Shown: in pieces, positions 61,945-64,000 of the stretch
Layout: every line of letters starts with the position of its first letter
Position numbering within the stretch: position 1 is the stretch's first letter
NCBI GenBank assembly: GCA_963737905.1
Contig: CAVTUQ010000017.1
Coordinates: forward strand, 1-64,000
Length of the DNA: 64,000 bases
Direction of reading: 5' to 3'
From: an uncultured delta proteobacterium
GTDB lineage: Bacteria; Desulfobacterota; Binatia; UBA9968
Notes under the pieces: generated by a model
Databases searched by the model: none
Told to the model about the DNA's origin: nothing
What the model saw: only the letters and a program-made list of their open reading frames with translations
Position numbers and translations under genes: made by a program

Positions 61945-63114
61945 ATGGTCGATTTCAAGTTGATTTCCGCTGATGGCCACATCAACGAGCCTCCTGCTGC
62001 ATGGGAAAGAGCGCATAAGGAATACGGCGACAGAGCTCCAAAGGTCGTCAAAGATCCCGAGGGGTTCAAAGGAATCTGGGTGATAACGGATGGGCTCCCT
62101 CCCAGTCCTTGCTCCAACTATTCCATTGGACACGTTGTGAGTAAGCCCGGGGGTCTTGGCAGCGTCGAGATGGATAAGCACCACGAGCGCATTCATTTTC
62201 ACGAGAATTTTAAGTACGAAGATTTTCCTGCGTCTTGGGAGCCGGCAGCGCGCATCAAGGATCAAGACGCCGACGGCGTCGCGGCGGAAGTCTTATTTGC
62301 GAGTGTTGGAAGATTTTTCTATGGTCTCACTGACGGCGCATTTCAGCGTGCCATCTTTCGCTCCTACAACGCCTGGCTTTATGAGTTTTGCAGCTACGAC
62401 CCGAAACGTTTCGTTGGAGTTGCCCTGCTTTCGATTCTCGACCCGGAAAAAGCCGGACAAGACATGCGGGAATATGCTGGACTGGGTTTCAAAGCGGTGC
62501 AGATCCCTTACGCCATCAAGGATGGCGGTTACTATGACCCGGTCTATGAACCAATCTGGAGCGCAGCGGAGGATAACGCGCTGGTTGTTCACATTCACCT
62601 CGGAGGACCGGCGCAAGGAGTCAAACCGCGCTGGTTCGGGTTTCAGCGTTTGACCGCAGAGGGGTCGAGTGATTTTTTCGGCGCGCAGCGGATCGCGACG
62701 GCAACAGGTTTCATCAGCCATTTGATGTTTTCCGGCGTTTTTGATCGCCATCCCAACCTTAAGATCGTTTGCACGGAATACGATGTGGGGTGGGTCGCGA
62801 TCATGTACGAACAGGCCAATTACCGTTATGGACGCGCCACCGCCTACGGTTCGGATGTCAAGTTGAAGATGGCGCCCGGAGATTACATGAAACGCCACAC
62901 CTGGTTCACTTTCCAGGACGATCGCGCGGGGATGCTTACCACTCCCGTCTTCGGCGCCGACAATTTCATGTGGGCAAGTGACTATCCGCATGGCAACACA
63001 ACATGGCCCTATTCCCGGAAGACACTGGAGCGGGTTGGCATCGGCGTAAGCCCTGACGTGCAGCGCAGGGTCGGCCGTGAAAATGCGAACCGGTTGTATC
63101 GCATGGGGCTGTAG
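61945..63114 (+). CDS. Amidohydrolase family 2 protein
   Basis: ISADGHINEP, DGVAAEVLF, WASDYPHG; AAGGAG RBS before ATG 61945. Confidence 0.9.
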   Translation: MVDFKLISADGHINEPPAAWERAHKEYGDRAPKVVKDPEGFKGIWVITDGLPPSPCSNYSIGHVVSKPGGLGSVEMDKHHERIHFHENFKYEDFPASWEPAARIKDQDADGVAAEVLFASVGRFFYGLTDGAFQRAIFRSYNAWLYEFCSYDPKRFVGVALLSILDPEKAGQDMREYAGLGFKAVQIPYAIKDGGYYDPVYEPIWSAAEDNALVVHIHLGGPAQGVKPRWFGFQRLTAEGSSDFFGAQRIATATGFISHLMFSGVFDRHPNLKIVCTEYDVGWVAIMYEQANYRYGRATAYGSDVKLKMAPGDYMKRHTWFTFQDDRAGMLTTPVFGADNFMWASDYPHGNTTWPYSRKTLERVGIGVSPDVQRRVGRENANRLYRMGL

Positions 63115-63255
63115 GGATGATTCGTTCCAGTCGTTCTAAACGTTCAAGCCGTTCAAATCGTTGACGGAAGCAGACTAGGACGGGAAAGCGCAAACAGCGC
63201 AAAAAGGAATCCCCGTTTCGGGGGAGAGTTCGAGAGGGGGCAAACGCAAGCACAA

Positions 63256-64000
63256 ATGATTCAGCGTCGTGAGAAAAACGTTTTTCCGCTCGGCTCGCGC
63301 AAAGTAAACTCTTGGTTTCGGGCTTGGCTGATTTGGGTCGTTATCGCTCTGATTCAGAACCTGAATCCACAAGATGCAGTTTCCGCGGAGAAGTTTGTTT
63401 GCATTCTAGGCGGCACGGGGACGAGACATGCGATCCCAGTCCTGGCAGCGACGTTCGGCCTCTATCCAAAATACGGGCTAGACGCAAGCATTATTCGGAT
63501 CGGTAGCGGCACGGTTGCGACTGCTGCGCTGTTAGGCGGCGAGGCGGATGTGATTAATACGTCCGGCCCGGCTCTGATCAACGCACGTCTCGCAGGATCG
63601 CCCATTTTGTACGTGACTAACTTCAATGACTGGAGCGACGCCCACCTCCTGGTTCGACCTGAAGTGACCAGCATGGAACAGTTGCGCAGCGGAAAGTTTG
63701 CGGTCCCGGGGTTGGGAGGAGGCTATGCGCACATGCTGCGCGCTTTCATTTTTCCCAAGTACGGCCTTGACAAAGGCGCCCAACAGCCGACGATCCTCTC
63801 GGCGGGAGATACTCCTTCCGCCCTAGCCGGGGTCGTAACCCGTCAATACGACGCGGCGCTCGCCTCCTACGAAAATTACATGGCCTTTCGCAAACGAGGA
63901 CTCAAGGCTCTCGTTACGCCCGAAGATGTCAACGTAAGGTGGTATACGGGTCTCATTACGCTGGAAAAGAAAGTAAAAGAGCGCCGGCGCGCCATGATTT
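63256..64000 (+). CDS. ABC substrate-binding protein (SsuA/NMT1-like), partial at window edge
   Basis: Open to the end of the window: GLYPKYGLD...AALLGGEADV...QLRSGKFAV; absent from the ORF track because it has no stop. Confidence 0.8.
   Translation, partial: MIQRREKNVFPLGSRKVNSWFRAWLIWVVIALIQNLNPQDAVSAEKFVCILGGTGTRHAIPVLAATFGLYPKYGLDASIIRIGSGTVATAALLGGEADVINTSGPALINARLAGSPILYVTNFNDWSDAHLLVRPEVTSMEQLRSGKFAVPGLGGGYAHMLRAFIFPKYGLDKGAQQPTILSAGDTPSALAGVVTRQYDAALASYENYMAFRKRGLKALVTPEDVNVRWYTGLITLEKKVKERRRAMI

Overview
Bacterial chromosomal window. The profusion of amidohydrolase-2 enzymes, orphan ABC substrate-binding proteins, TPP enzymes and LLM oxidoreductases suggests a Candidatus Binatia/Binatota-like soil or sediment organism (inference). 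The core accessory element is a defence island at about 24.9-38.1 kb: an HTH-WYL-WCX regulator, a RelE/HigB-XRE toxin-antitoxin pair, a nucleotidyltransferase plus small partner flanked by 93-bp direct repeats, then a complete type I-C CRISPR-Cas locus (cas3-cas5-cas8c-cas7-cas4-cas1-cas2) and an array of 26 repeats and 25 spacers. The most striking signal is that the nucleotidyltransferase and cas3 promoters share the geometry GTGAC-N7-GTCAC-N10-TAGAA(T/A), which mirrors the mycobacterial PafBC-activated motif. This suggests a WYL-sensed, nucleic-acid-inducible regulon coupling a putative toxin cassette to CRISPR-Cas. Other content: a plant-type threonine synthase/cystathionine gamma-synthase pair, a CP-ATP-grasp/alpha-E/Anbu operon, a protocatechuate ortho-cleavage (pca) cluster, TPR proteins, a 509-bp tandem duplication, several gene remnants and REP-like repeats. 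Six single-base frameshifts (including one in cas3) look like sequencing indels. All alignments and counts were done by eye.
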